A stretch of DNA of 44,265 nucleotides, counting the filler, from Catajapyx aquilonaris (Eukaryota), in assembly GCA_000934665.2 (NCBI GenBank). It is 2 parts of 2 records of this genome, joined end to end, with 100 filler letters (N's around TTAATTAATTAA, not from the genome) between each part and the next. Parts side by side here need not be neighbours in the genome. Positions count along the whole stretch, not along the records: positions 1 to 22,096 come from JYFJ02005924.1; positions 22,197 to 44,265 come from JYFJ02005925.1. One strand, 5' to 3'. Below are positions 14,001 to 24,875 of this stretch, piece by piece. The translations under genes and the position numbers were made by a program. The notes below the pieces were generated by a model. It worked only from the letters and a program-made list of their open reading frames with translations, searched no databases and had not been told where the DNA came from. How positions within the stretch are numbered: position 1 is the stretch's first letter; the number at the start of each line of letters is the position of its first letter.

Positions 14001-15699
14001 ATCAGATGGAATGTCCACTGCAACTGGCTCCACTTGAACACTGACTTCTTCTTTGGGCTCCTCTTTCACTTTCACTTCCTGGGATTCAATGGCTTCTATT
14101 TCCATCTGCAAAGAAAAAAATAACACATAACAACCAACATAGCAACCAAGTACAGTACTGAAATCACTTTACAGCTAAGGGCATACAAAAGTGGGTAAGG
14201 AGGTGTCACAGAATAGCCTTTGTGCTATTGAAGGGCATTGACATATAAAGGGCCAGCGCAAACCAGGAAATTTGGGAGCAACTTATTGCTTGCCCACCCA
14301 CTCAGGATGGCACAGCGCCTGCACTCTCCTGGGGCAACCAGAGAGTGCCAGCGCGTGCAGATAACTTGCATGCAAGAAATATGGAGCCAATCTGGGTGTG
14401 CTGGCCTTGGCTGGGCTGGGCCAAGACACTTGTATCCTCTAGCAGGCAACATGAATACTTGGATTATGCATGCAAGTTGCCTCGCTCCCACATTTCCTCG
14501 TTTGTGCCAGGCCTAAGACAACCTCTAATACTCCTCAAGTGATGTTGTTTTTTAAAATGGCAATTATTAGCCTACATTATTGTTATTCATACCTCATCTA
14601 TCTCGAGCATACTTGGAAATGAATTATCATCAAATTGACTGGAATCATCAATATATTGGCTAAGTTCATCCACTGGCTCCTGTTTCACCACAGGTTTTGG
14701 TATAGCTGCTTTCTGCTAAAACAAATAATTGCAGTTAAAAATAGCCATAAAAAACTAATTCCTTACAGTGAAATTACCTTAACAGGCTTAATAGTCTGAG
14801 GCATTAAATTTACAAGTGCCTTTGGTTTGGGTCGGTTAACAGTAAAGGAGTGCGAACTTCTGGTTGGGGTTATTGGAGAAAGAGTGGAAGAAAGATCGAG
14901 TGATCGCTGAGGTGCCACAGTCTTGCGGGACTTTGGAGTTGGAGCATGGAATGATGTTTCATGCATCTCTTTCATGAGGTCCTTCAGGAGATCATCCTCA
15001 TCTAAGTTAACTTCTCTCTGAAAGTGCCAGGGAATTAGTTGTTATGTATGTTAATTCATCAATCATGAGTGGTATCTAACCTCCTTTCGTTTCTTAGTGG
15101 GCATGTTCAGTAGCATGTTTTTAATGCTTCCACTTCTATGAGCAATATTCTTTTTCTCCTGCTTTCCCTTATCAGCCTTCCCCTTCCCCTTGCCCCGAGA
15201 ATCTTTGGCTGATCCATGAGTAACATCTGCAAGGTCATCATCAAAGATTTCCCTTCCATCTTCAACATAGCCACCTCCATCTGGAAAAGAAACATCACAT
15301 ATTTATATACCAAGCTAACACTTGTATGTGCTAGTTTCATAATTATATAGTGTACGTAGTTGTACATGGATGTGAATTGCTCTGAAGTGTTTAAAGTTGG
15401 CATTATTATGAGAACTATGTACCTCACTACAACACAAGCTATTATGACCATTACAACATACCATCATCGACAATCCAGTCATCTTCCTGTCTTGCCTGCA
15501 CCTTCTTTGAATACTCCCTTTCATCCACTTCCTCATAAACATTTTGCATCTCCTCAACCTCATACTTGTGCTTCTTGTTGCCTCCCTTCAGACCCCGGAG
15601 TCTCTCCAGGGCTGCTGATCGCCCCTTGCGGTCCAACTTCTGTCGCCGCTCCCTGCGACCATGGGCAGCATCTGACGAACCTGCACTGTCACCATCCAT
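2073..15699 (-). CDS. POLA1: DNA polymerase alpha catalytic subunit (family B), 23 coding exons, about 1472 aa
   Basis: Exons read by hand, all GT-AG with consistent phase: 15699-15462, 15280-15081, 15017-14778, 14715-14593, 14105-13999, 13521-13233, 12184-11993, 11927-11751, 11194-10993, 10776-10508, 9589-9411, 9347-9229, 7302-7178, 7117-6899, 6519-6264, 6108-5969, 4373-4168, 3967-3528, 3337-3220, 3146-3077, 2724-2593, 2513-2303, 2239-2073 (sum 4419 nt, divisible by 3). Motifs: [44 protein letters not shown] (motif A), KLTANSLYG (motif B), YGDTDS (motif C), [17 protein letters not shown], and C-terminal zinc fingers (CPEPKC, CTNPEC, CEDPAC, CNMC). Confidence 0.97.
4521..5181. mobile_element. 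Fully palindromic mariner-derived element (CGA(A/G)GGTC termini) with transposase relics
   Basis: Arms of about 330 bp are near-perfect reverse complements around CACCCTTC-gacgcagacgat-GAAGGGTG; TA at the left end; arms translate to [18 protein letters not shown] and DESYVHYF, resembling mariner DDD-domain segments. Confidence 0.85.
7906..8590. mobile_element. Tc1/mariner-type MITE with about 100-bp TIRs, interrupted by SINE 8137-8471
   Basis: TA|CAGGGTGG ... CATCAATGGGG ... AACCATGTTGACCA versus TGGTCAACATGGTT ... CCCCATTGATG ... CCACCTTG|TA. Confidence 0.8.
8137..8471 (-). mobile_element. tRNA-derived SINE, head type A, poly(A) tail
   Basis: Head GGGGAGGCGAAGTGGCGCTGCGGTAACG ... GGTTCGATCCC (A/B boxes); TSD CGTCCACAGAGGAGA (8122-8136 and 8472-8486); T-run 8137-8152. 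Confidence 0.9.
8708..9178. mobile_element. pogo/Tc2-type MITE
   Basis: Perfect TIR CCGTATTTACTCGCATATAAGACGCAC, TA TSD, internal GTGCGTCTTATA subrepeats. Confidence 0.9.
9959..10156. mobile_element. PIF/Harbinger-like MITE
   Basis: TIR AGGCTGTTTCACAAACT; flanks TAA and CAA. Confidence 0.7.
12776..13207. mobile_element. Palindromic Tc1/mariner-type MITE
   Basis: TA|CAGGGTGTAGGCTGTAATTCGGGACAGAC ... GTCTGTCCCGAATTACAGCCCACACACTG|TA; arms pair along their length; related partial copy at 22006-22096. Confidence 0.88.
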
Positions 15700-16377
15700 G
15701 ACTTCTGGAAAGCAGGTAATGAATGAAAGTCGAGAACAGATGTGCCTTAAACCAGTGGGCAATCAACTGAGAGTTTACTGCCAAAAGACCATTTTAAAAA
15801 CCAGTGCACTGTTACAAGATGCCAGGGAAAAAAGCCAAACTGCCCATAATACAATGGAAGCAAGATTAAATTTACACATTGCATTAAGTTCCTCTCACTC
15901 GTCCCTTCCTGTTATTCATCATCTTCACAAGGGTTTTACCCATCCCCATCCTGACTTGTCACGCCTGATTCCAGCCGTGTTTAAATGATTGCTAACCTCC
16001 CATCACAAAAGTTATGTGAATGCAGTGCAACCATGTGTACAACTCCAACCACAACTACTAAATTAAGGTGGATGCTAAATAACATTACGTGTAGGTTTAC
16101 GTCATGGCAGAAGAGAGGAGCGTTACCATTTTCAGAGATAGGCCTACCCATCTTGAGATGTGGCAGTGTTTCTTACTCGCATGCCATTCATCCGTAACGT
16201 TAAGTGCAACATTCCTGGCGCTGATTAATGCCTGCCCACCTGACTTCGCTGCAGCAGTACCGTATGTGTAAATGCGTAGTCAGAGTGATGGGCACAAAAG
16301 TAAAAATACAGGTGTGGGTTTCTCCTTCTCTAATGTCCCACCGAATCAGTGAGTGATCAACAACCATCGGTCCATAC

Positions 16378-16830
16378 CTGGTCGGTTTTTGGCGTGACGG
16401 GGCGCAGACGGTGCTCGGCCCGCAGCTGGTGGTGGCAGCGTCGAGGAGAGGCCCGGCCGCCTCACACGCACAGCTCGGGCGGCCAAGGGCGAGGCAAGGG
16501 GGACTCCGGACTCGGGACTAGCAGACCGAGGAAGGGGGCCACCTGCCTAGCTGCTTGCTTGTCGCCGAGACGAGGAGTATCAATGGGCGACAAGGAAGAC
16601 AAGCGAGGGTCTGCCTTGGCGGGAAAGCCAAGGTGAAAAAATGTTGCTGCGGCAGGGGAGCCAACAGAGAAACGAGGAAATGAGAAAACTCGGCCACATT
16701 GATTGCATAACAAAACTTTCGTGGTCACGGTGAGACATGTGGGAAGAGATTACCACAGAAACAATATTTCCGACAGACATCATTCTGGCTCGATCGGCAT
16801 GAAAAGCGTAACTGCCGCCATCTTTACCCG
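16378..16830 (-). other. POLA1: Probable non-coding first exon (5' UTR) of POLA1
   Basis: The ATG exon has an acceptor 5 nt upstream of ATG (tttccag|aagtcATG, 15704), so an upstream exon is needed. A donor (CAG|gtatgg) at 16378 closes a GC/CpG-rich block. The 5' boundary is a guess from the YY1-type motif near 16814-16824. Confidence 0.5.
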
Positions 16831-16997
16831 GGTCACGAGAAGGTCACGAGTTGAGCGCGCCATATGAACACAGTGGTACCATGAGTGGTACAGTACGTAC
16901 GCAGCTCTCGACAAGCGCAATTGCGTTTTCAGTAGCATTTGTTTAGTAAACCTTCTTGCAGCACCCAGAGTGGGTCTTTTGTCATACAATATCGATG
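16814..16997. promoter_or_regulatory. Putative POLA1 promoter: YY1/Pho motif, AGGTCA direct repeat (DR5), near-DRE
   Basis: AAGATGGCGGC on minus (16814-16824); GGGTCA-cgaga-AGGTCA (16830-16846); TATCGATG (16990-16997), a 7/8 match to DRE TATCGATA, typical of insect replication genes; locally CpG-rich. Confidence 0.5.
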
Positions 16998-17690
16998 CAA
17001 TGTAGGCTGTGCGGAGCTGTGTCAATGTAACCAAGAGCCAAGACTCTCGCGTTATGCAGATGTTTCATTTTGGCCATTGAGTAGGGGTACCACAGTACAT
17101 GTAAATGTATCAAATTTATTTTATCAATAAGTACTACTCGATTTATTCATAAAGGAACATTTGATTCCACATTATTTGATTTTAAGGGCAGTAGCCCTTA
17201 AATTGGTGAAGGTCTTACGTGCGCCTGCCCTGTTTCAGTCACCTTCATTCCGCCGCGAAGGTCTTACTTTTTTTTGTTTATTGAAGGGAAAGTTTTTGAC
17301 CCAATCTCATTTAAAGTCTGTAGAGTTCTGGTTGTCTTAAGTGATTGTGCAATTTCTGAACTCACAGTATCCAGGGGTCATACCTGTGCTTTTAGTATAA
17401 CTACACATAAGCAGTGACACATGCACCACATAGTATATTTACTTTTTTTTTTAGAAAGAAACCCAAAAGGGAAAGGTTTATTATCCCACATTTTTACAAA
17501 AATGATGTAATCAGACATTTTCTCTCATTTACTTTACAACTGTCCTTACCACTGTCCTTACTAATGAGTTCTAATAATGTTCCCAAGCAGAAGCTGCAAA
17601 TATCACCCTGGCTATTCCTGGTGGCTGCTATATGGTAAATTTTTCAAGTTAATAAAAGAAACACTAATAAAAGACTTTTTATCTTTAATT

Positions 17691-18588
17691 TCACAACAAG
17701 CAACACTTGCACAGAGATTCCCTGCTGCTTGACTCATCTGTCACCAGAGCTCGAACAGCTTCCTGAAAAATCTCTTCCAATCCTGCTACATCAGTGGTAG
17801 AAAACTCCATGTACTTGAAAGCCTTTATATTCTTCTGCAACGTATATCCATCGCTGGCCGGAATTAATTCTAAACTGCTGTCATGTGAGCGCAGTTCACC
17901 TTTGGCACCTGCACAAGTAGAGAAGTGCAAATGTACGCTTGTAGAGAATGTTTCGCAATTTACATTGCAGGCCTACTTCCAATGTTACGAGCATCATATA
18001 GAGTACAATAATATGCTTACCTACTAACAATATTTTGGTGTTAGGGCAGTGATGTCGCACTTCAGGCAACCACTTATCAGTTATGTTTTCAAATGATTTG
18101 CGGTCGTCCAAAGCAAAGCATATCAGGAAGCAGTCAGTCTGAAATTGGTTACACACATTTGGGACAGTGAACCATACTGAAAGCAATGAGCCAACAATCC
18201 AACATACATGTGGATAAGAAAGTATCCTAAACTTCTCATCATCCTCTGCTCCTTGTATTGCCCACATTATTGATATGAAGTATTCTATTCCATCAACATG
18301 AACAATGCCTTGAGGGGTGTCAATCCTGAAGAAGACATTCATTAAGAGTATTGAATACTCATCCACACAGCTGTATGTATTATCTAATAGGCAGGAGAGA
18401 AGTACTGCTCCTCCTCTCCCACAGGCCAGGAACACTCACACTCCAGGTAGAGGTCCAACAGGATACTCTTTGATTGTATAGGCAATGGCCATACGATCCT
18501 TAGGTACTGTCGCATCACCTATGAGAGTGATGTTCCAAGGGTACCCATTTATACCTTTGTTTACTGTCTTGTTCTTGCACTTTGGCAT
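17691..18588 (-). CDS. Atypical Rho/Rac-family small GTPase-like protein (probable pseudo-GTPase), 200 aa, C-terminal CaaX (CCLL)
   Basis: Exons 18588-18440, 18325-18208, 18138-18021, 17908-17691 (603 nt, GT-AG, in phase, no stops). Rho-typical segments [47 protein letters not shown] and [12 protein letters not shown]; ends CKCCLL-stop. An acceptor at about 18597 implies an upstream UTR exon. Confidence 0.88.
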
Positions 18589-21019
18589 GCTTGCAGCTGG
18601 AATTAAGTGACAATAGAAATTTTAAACCCAAATTTTTTAAAAATTATGTAAGGTGAGTTCTTTTTTGACCTTGTTCTAAAATATATCACCATTCACAAAA
18701 TAATGTGTGAAGCAGGAACTAATTGTAACCCACAATTATGTGCAGAGGCTTAGGAAGAATTATTCAGTCTGTCCATTGCTATGTCCACATCGGAGAGAAG
18801 TGTGAAGCCAGAGATTCCAGCGAGAGACATTTGCTTAATGGTAGATCATGAGACAGGACAATATGGTCATGGAAGAACAGGTCAGTTCATCTGGACTGCC
18901 AGCCAGCTGGAGCCTTTGATGTTTAGCCAGAATTTTGCCATTTGGACTTTCAGATTTATTTTTGTTTCCGTACTTAGTAAGACTAAAAGCCATGTACATT
19001 CATAAAATATGGACGTGTAGTACAAAACAGCAGCTGTAAGGTACTGGAAGGCTTACAATTATTATTATCATTCATGTTTGAGTGCCCAATTGTCTGTTCT
19101 AGTAATCATGAAATTAAATGCCATGCAATACACAAGCACATTTCAAGTATGAAATGGCCGAGGACTTGCATCGCAAACAGGTCCAACTTCAGGAATTAAT
19201 TCCACAGCCCCTGTTCCAGAGTGCCAGGTAAAACCCGGGTAAATCCCTGACACACTTGGTCAGGAACCTGAGGAAACTAATTTCGAAATCCAGTGATAAC
19301 CCGCCCATAAAGTAGGCTACACATGTACGGATAGCGTGAACCCAGAAAACCAGAAGTGGCTGGTCACCAGAAGTTGACCGGTGTTTTGGTCACTCTTAAT
19401 CAGTATCCGAAAACCATTTACCGCTATCTCTTGCGGTTGAGGCCCTGATACCTGTCCACAGATGGACAGACAGACAGATGGACACTGGACAGAGCCATTC
19501 TGTAATACTTTTTTCGATGATGAGAAAAAGTCTAATATAGTATGTACATGACAATGAAATATCTTGAAGTGAACATGGCTTCATCTTTAAGTATTTGTCT
19601 TACACTTTTATAGCTATCATTCTGTTCTTATGAATTGATGTTGTGTGGATTATATCACATGTCAAAAGTAATGTGGATAATTTTTAAAGGTTGGTGGGTG
19701 TACTACATCTCATGTCTGGTCTCTTAGGTGCATAACATCTCATCTAATGTGCATAACTTGATCACTCAAATATCTTTCAACACCATACTTTATCACCATA
19801 CACTTTACCTGCAATTCAAAAATCATGGAATGATAAACACCCACACCTATACATGGCAGTATGCAAAAAGAGTAAAAAAATCGTCTTCTTACTCATGCAA
19901 AGTCACAACAGCCTTTCCCAAAATGTTCAAATAAGTAGAAGATTCCTGGCACTACCAGGTTCCGTTCTCAGCAAGACACTATCAGCATGTGGTAAATTTT
20001 GGTAGCTTGCAGGATACTACTTATTGTGGCCTGCTATCTCATCAGAGAAACCGAAGTACTTATCTGACTTCCACAGTGCCTCTTTGTGTTATAGTATTCG
20101 ACTTCAGTTGCAGTTACTGATTCTGCAACCTGCTGCCCTACTTTGGCTATTAACTGCAGAAAAATGTAACATAAATTCTGAACTGGATGAGCAATGTTGG
20201 GAAAAGCATTACATGAGTGGATGATATTTCAGTCTTGGAAGTGGGAGCATACCGAAGATTAGAGAGCACTTACATCATTTTTGTTGTTTCATTTCATTAA
20301 ATGCGTCATTTTCATGCAGCTCATAGCGGCAGTCAACTGGTGCATCCTTCCCAGATCCTTCCTGACTAATGATGTGTGTAGGACTATAGCATGTACCTAT
20401 ACAAATGACATCACTTTCATTACCATTGTAATGACATCAATTAGAGCAAAAACATTCCCTTCAGTGAAAAAAAGGGTAGTAAGACCTCCGTGGCGGAATG
20501 AAAGTACTGAAACAAGGCAGGCGCACGCAAGACCTTCACCAATTGATTTAAGTTGTACCATAGGTCTTACTCAAGCAATTCTCAAGTACTGTATGTGTGG
20601 AACGTCTTGTAAAAATTTATTACTGCTGCAAACTACTCAGACCAGTAGGCAGACTTGGAAATTTTCGCTCCAGAAAATGCAGAATCCTCTCGAAAATTCA
20701 CCAATTTACGTTTGCATGTAAAAATTAAACATTAGAGTTAAAATCAGCATCTAAAAGAGGTGAAGATTCTGCACAAGCCGGCCCTCACATCCCATCATAC
20801 AAGTCTGCTGCCCACAGTCACATTAATATAAAAGCTACAGAAGGTGCCTCCAAGCCCCTGAGATGTGCTTTGTCCACCATTGAGTTATCTGGTAAATTAT
20901 TAGTGTAAATTATCAAATCGCAATTATTACATAAGGAATATAATAACAGAAAAAAACATTAGTAACTTGTAACTTTAATAAATCACAGTAAAATTACATG
21001 ATGAAACACTCAGCAGATC

Positions 21020-21216
21020 TCAATTCCTCTTTTGCTTTTTAGACTTTGGTTCCCACAAACTACTTTTCACCATTCTTTTTGCTGCATTTGCATCCACATG
21101 CATCATTTTTTCCTTATCCTTGATGCTTTTCAGTCTTGACATACTTGTCTTCACACGCTCCAACTCCTGCCTCACAGAGTGCTGCTTTGGGTCTTCTCCT
21201 AGTATCCTCAGGTACA
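21020..21216 (-). CDS. C1D: Last coding exon of nuclear nucleic acid-binding protein C1D (Rrp47/Sas10-C1D domain); upstream exons not found
   Basis: Acceptor ctttccag at 21217-21224, then YLRILGEDPKQHSVRQELERVKTSMSRLKSIKDKEKMMHVDANAAKRMVKSSLWEPKSKKQKRN-stop, matching the C1D C-terminal half (YLxxxGxxPxxHxVxxELERxK ... AAxRxVxxxLW). Confidence 0.88.
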
Positions 21217-21264
21217 CTGGAAAGAGGCATCACAGTTGAAGCCTACAAATCTAAAGATCAGGTA

Positions 21265-21822
21265 CAGTAAAACTTCTATAAGTCGAACTTCCATAAGTAG
21301 AAGTTCTCTATAAGTCGAAGAAAATTTTGAGCTAGGTTGGTCACAATGTAAAATAATAGGAAATAAACTTCCCTAACTCGAATTTCTATAACTAGAAGTT
21401 CTCCATAACTCGAACTGCTGGAAGGGCCTTACGATGGGATATCAATGCATTTTCATGTTGGCGAGTACGGAAAATTTTCTCATTTCCCCGCCAAAATGTC
21501 GAGAGTAGGCCACATGTACAGAAAGGCTAAATTTCCTGATCTCTGTCTACCAGGCGTACCGAAAGAAGAGTTTGACTTGATTGTGACAATTGAATCCTTG
21601 AATCTAAGAGTAGGCAAATGTCCATAACGGAGATTTTTTTTACAACAAAACAATGAGGAACATTGTAAGTGTGATAGTGATAGTTATTTTTAAGTTATGA
21701 ACATCTTTCGTCTCTGGATATGAAGGTACGCTCCCTTATAGAGTTATGTGCTTAAAAAATTCCAAACTTCTCTAACTCGAATCTTCTATAACTCAAAGTT
21801 TTTTCCCGGTCCCATGGAGATT
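21265..21822. mobile_element. Tigger/pogo-type MITE, right end truncated
   Basis: TA|CAGTAAAACTTCTATAAGTCGAAC with repeated CTATAA(C/G)TCGAA subunits near both ends. Confidence 0.6.
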
Positions 21823-22005
21823 CTGTAACTGCGAAACTGAAAATTCCTGCATGTGAAATCATGTATGGTTCAGGCCTTCTTATATTAAAATTAAAAGTGG
21901 CATCCTTCCCCTGGCGACATGATCCAATTGCTAATCCAGGTGGCTCTAATCATGTGACCACTAAGGGTGCCAATGCTGTATATTAGTAGGTGGTCATTAA
22001 TTATA

Positions 22006-22096
22006 CAGGGTGTTTATTGTAACTCTGCAAAGACTTTCATGGGTAATAGAGGGGACCAAGACAAGTATTTTTGACATAGGAACCCGTGTCCGGAAA
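22006..22096. mobile_element. Left arm of a MITE related to 12776-13207, cut by the assembly gap
   Basis: TA|CAGGGTGT ... GAGGGGACCAAGACAAGTATTTTTGACATAGGAACCCGTGTCCGGAAA matches 12776-12866. Confidence 0.75.
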
Positions 22097-22196
22097 NNNN
22101 NNNNNNNNNNNNNNNNNNNNNNNNNNNNNNNNNNNNNNNNTTAATTAATTAANNNNNNNNNNNNNNNNNNNNNNNNNNNNNNNNNNNNNNNNNNNN
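22097..22196. other. Assembly gap: 44 N + TTAATTAATTAA + 44 N (artificial spacer)
   Basis: Exactly 100 bp and symmetric; the 12-mer is self-complementary with stop codons in all six frames. Confidence 0.95.
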
Positions 22197-22225
22197 CCAC
22201 CACCACCACCACCACCACCACCACC
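22197..22225. repeat. (CCA)n microsatellite abutting the gap
   Basis: About 10 tandem CCA units directly after the Ns. Confidence 0.9.
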
Positions 22226-22602
22226 ATGCAGAGTTGTACCATCAGGGTTGCTAGTCGCTATGATGCAGCGAGTTCCACAGCATGATTCCATTGCTAGCTG
22301 CCCCGACCTATTCTTGTAAGACCGTGGCTGTTACCAAAGAAATAGGGAAGAAAAAGATGGTGACGATGATTGTGTGTGTGTGTCATGTGTGCAGGCTTGA
22401 AGGCAAGAAAATGTGCAGGTGGGTGAAATGCCAAGGATGGGATATAAATTCTGTGTTTTGGACCCCGGAGGTTTGTCTTGTCAGAGTTTTACTGTTCTCT
22501 GTAACTCCTAATTTATCCTTATCTGTCCTACAGAGCTTTGAAATCCATATTATCTTGGTTGGGGAATTGGATTTACCTCTTCATGCAGGGTGTTTTTGAC
22601 TA

Positions 22603-23063
22603 CAGGTTGAGAATCCTTAGTCTGAAATGCTTGGAACCATAAGTGTTTTGAATGTTGAAATATTTGTATATTTGCATCCATAAAATGGGACAGCTTTGGG
22701 ATAAACCTAATCATGATATCCATTTGCATTTCATAATGGAGGTTGTACATAAACCGAGAAGGTAGTTTTATATAAGTTTTAATAATTTCGTTTACATACA
22801 GATACAGGTAATGGCACTAGTCATGTTACACTCACATGTATTTTGACATGGAGGTGAAATTCATATTTTATGTAAAAATACTTTGTTTTTGCTTACTGTA
22901 CCTGTACCAAAAACATGATCACTGCTTACAAATTGGAGATACATTCAGCACCAAAAACTAACAATTACAACAGCTGTGAGAAAATTCTTCATTTGTGGCG
23001 CATCATGTCAGCATTCAAAAAACTTTCCAGATTTGGAATTTCTGATAAATGATTCTTAACCTG
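22603..23063. mobile_element. Tigger-type MITE resembling Tigger4/MER46 (Zombi)
   Basis: TA|CAGGTTGAGAATCC ... GATTCTTAACCTG|TA; internal GAAATGCTTGGAACC and TTGTGGCG.CATCATGTCAGCATTCAAAAA. Confidence 0.75.
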
Positions 23064-24875
23064 TAGTATGTCATCCTGCCGGCATTGTACTCGTTGTCCC
23101 CAATCAAGTCAAAACTGTAGATGGGAGAAATGTCGAAGGACCAACGGTACCTATAGGTAGACACAGAGGCTAGACTTTCATATCAGCTGACGCAGCATTT
23201 TTACCTACTTTCCTAGGCTTGAATCTGCTGAAAATAGGTCTGTATTTGCCGGGAAGGAAAGTTAGGTCATGGGTTATGTTGGTACCACGTACACCTACCC
23301 CTCCCAAATCCATTCAGCAGATATGAAAGTCCTTCCGACACATATCTGTTACTAGGCTGACATGGCAACAGACACATCACCTTCATGTAGGCAGAGAGCC
23401 TGAAAGGTGGACCTGCTCACCTTACAATAACTGCCTAGGCCCCTAGGGAGCAGGATATGAGTGTGACAATCATTACTGATGGGATTGTGAGAGGTCACCT
23501 CTTTTGCAACAGGATTATCACTTATAACTCTCATATCCTACTCCCTAGGCATCCACTGCAAGGGCGCATGCCCATCTCTCAGGCTATCCTCTGCAAAAAG
23601 GAGTGTTTCCACATGTCTAGAGGAAGGCCTATGTGACTGGTTGTCAGCCTTGTTACCAGTTGATCTCTTGACATTTCTCCCCATTACATTATTTTGACTT
23701 GTTTTGGGCCGCCGAATATGCTGCTGACAGGACATGCTAGTAAGAAACACCCTGTAGATGTGTTTTATGTTACCGCATTTCATCCTTTTGGGTTTTGCTC
23801 TAGAAATCCTGCTACACCATTACTGGATAAAATAGCTTAGTCTGCCTATGTTATGTGTTCAAAAAAGCAGTGTTGTAATATACAGGAGTATGTCATGAGG
23901 ATACAATTGTCTAATTGTTTGACAAGGAACAACACAATAAGTCAGGTCCCTACAAGAAAATAAGAGAATTAAGATTTCATAAGTTGATTGTTGCCGGAAC
24001 AGTGCCAGTTTCTGTTTTATAAATGCCAGAAATGTAATCAAATTATTGTGCCAAAATATTGGCTCCTATCATGGACTTGAGGGTTGACCAACCCATATGA
24101 ATTACTTTGGTAGCATTCCTTTGCTCCTACTGCCCTACATTGCAGGGTAAGTGTTCCACAAGCTGATGAGAAGTGGTAATTATAATTGTGTTTAATGGTG
24201 GACTACCCATGCAAAGGCATGTGGACATTTAGATGTAGTTACGTAGATTGGAGTAAGTCGGTATGCACTGGGAATGTTGTATAAGTGATTAGATAATTGA
24301 TGCCCACAGCTGGAAAACGTTGTACCTAACAAAATGTGATTTATGAGAAAAACATGAAAAATGCCCCTATCTGCAACAGGGAACTGTAAATATTATCCGA
24401 ATTTGTTTGAACAAATGATTACCAAGTTCCAGAGGCGCCCGTCGAGGACACCAGCTGATGGCGCTTTGATGATACAACGTTTTACCATGGAAAACACAAC
24501 TTTGACAATTTTGTTTGATACAGCGTTTTCCAGCTGTGGGCTTCAATTTCATAACAATGCGCGTCATTTTGAAGTGGTGTCAATTAAGTACTGTAGTTAC
24601 TTTTGCAAGGTTACTTTTGTGGGCTTTTAAAGTATTAGCTTCTGTAGGCTATGGCCATCCTATAATGTATTTCTGGAACCTCCCATTTTTCACATTTCTA
24701 CCAATGGGAAATGGACATCCCAGGTTACCAGCTGATGTAAAGTGATATTTTTGTAAGAATGTTATTACTTGATAAAACGCACTTGCTTATGGGAGTACAA
24801 CATACCACAACAAATTTACATTTGAGAAATGCCAGCACCTGGGTAATAATTCCATTGCCAGTGGAATTATTTTAG

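Noticed and set aside
15360..15988. 113-aa and 140-aa plus-strand ORFs
   Set aside because: Antisense shadows of the first POLA1 coding exon with no recognisable domain.
17896..18435. 179-aa ORF as a single-exon Rho protein
   Set aside because: Chance read-through of introns; the spliced four-exon model restores the G1 region and the CaaX end.
20281..20721. 146-aa plus-strand ORF between the Rho-like gene and C1D
   Set aside because: Non-ATG start, no domain, no supporting splice structure.
22141..22152. TTAATTAATTAA palindrome as a biological motif
   Set aside because: Centred in a symmetric N spacer; an assembly linker.
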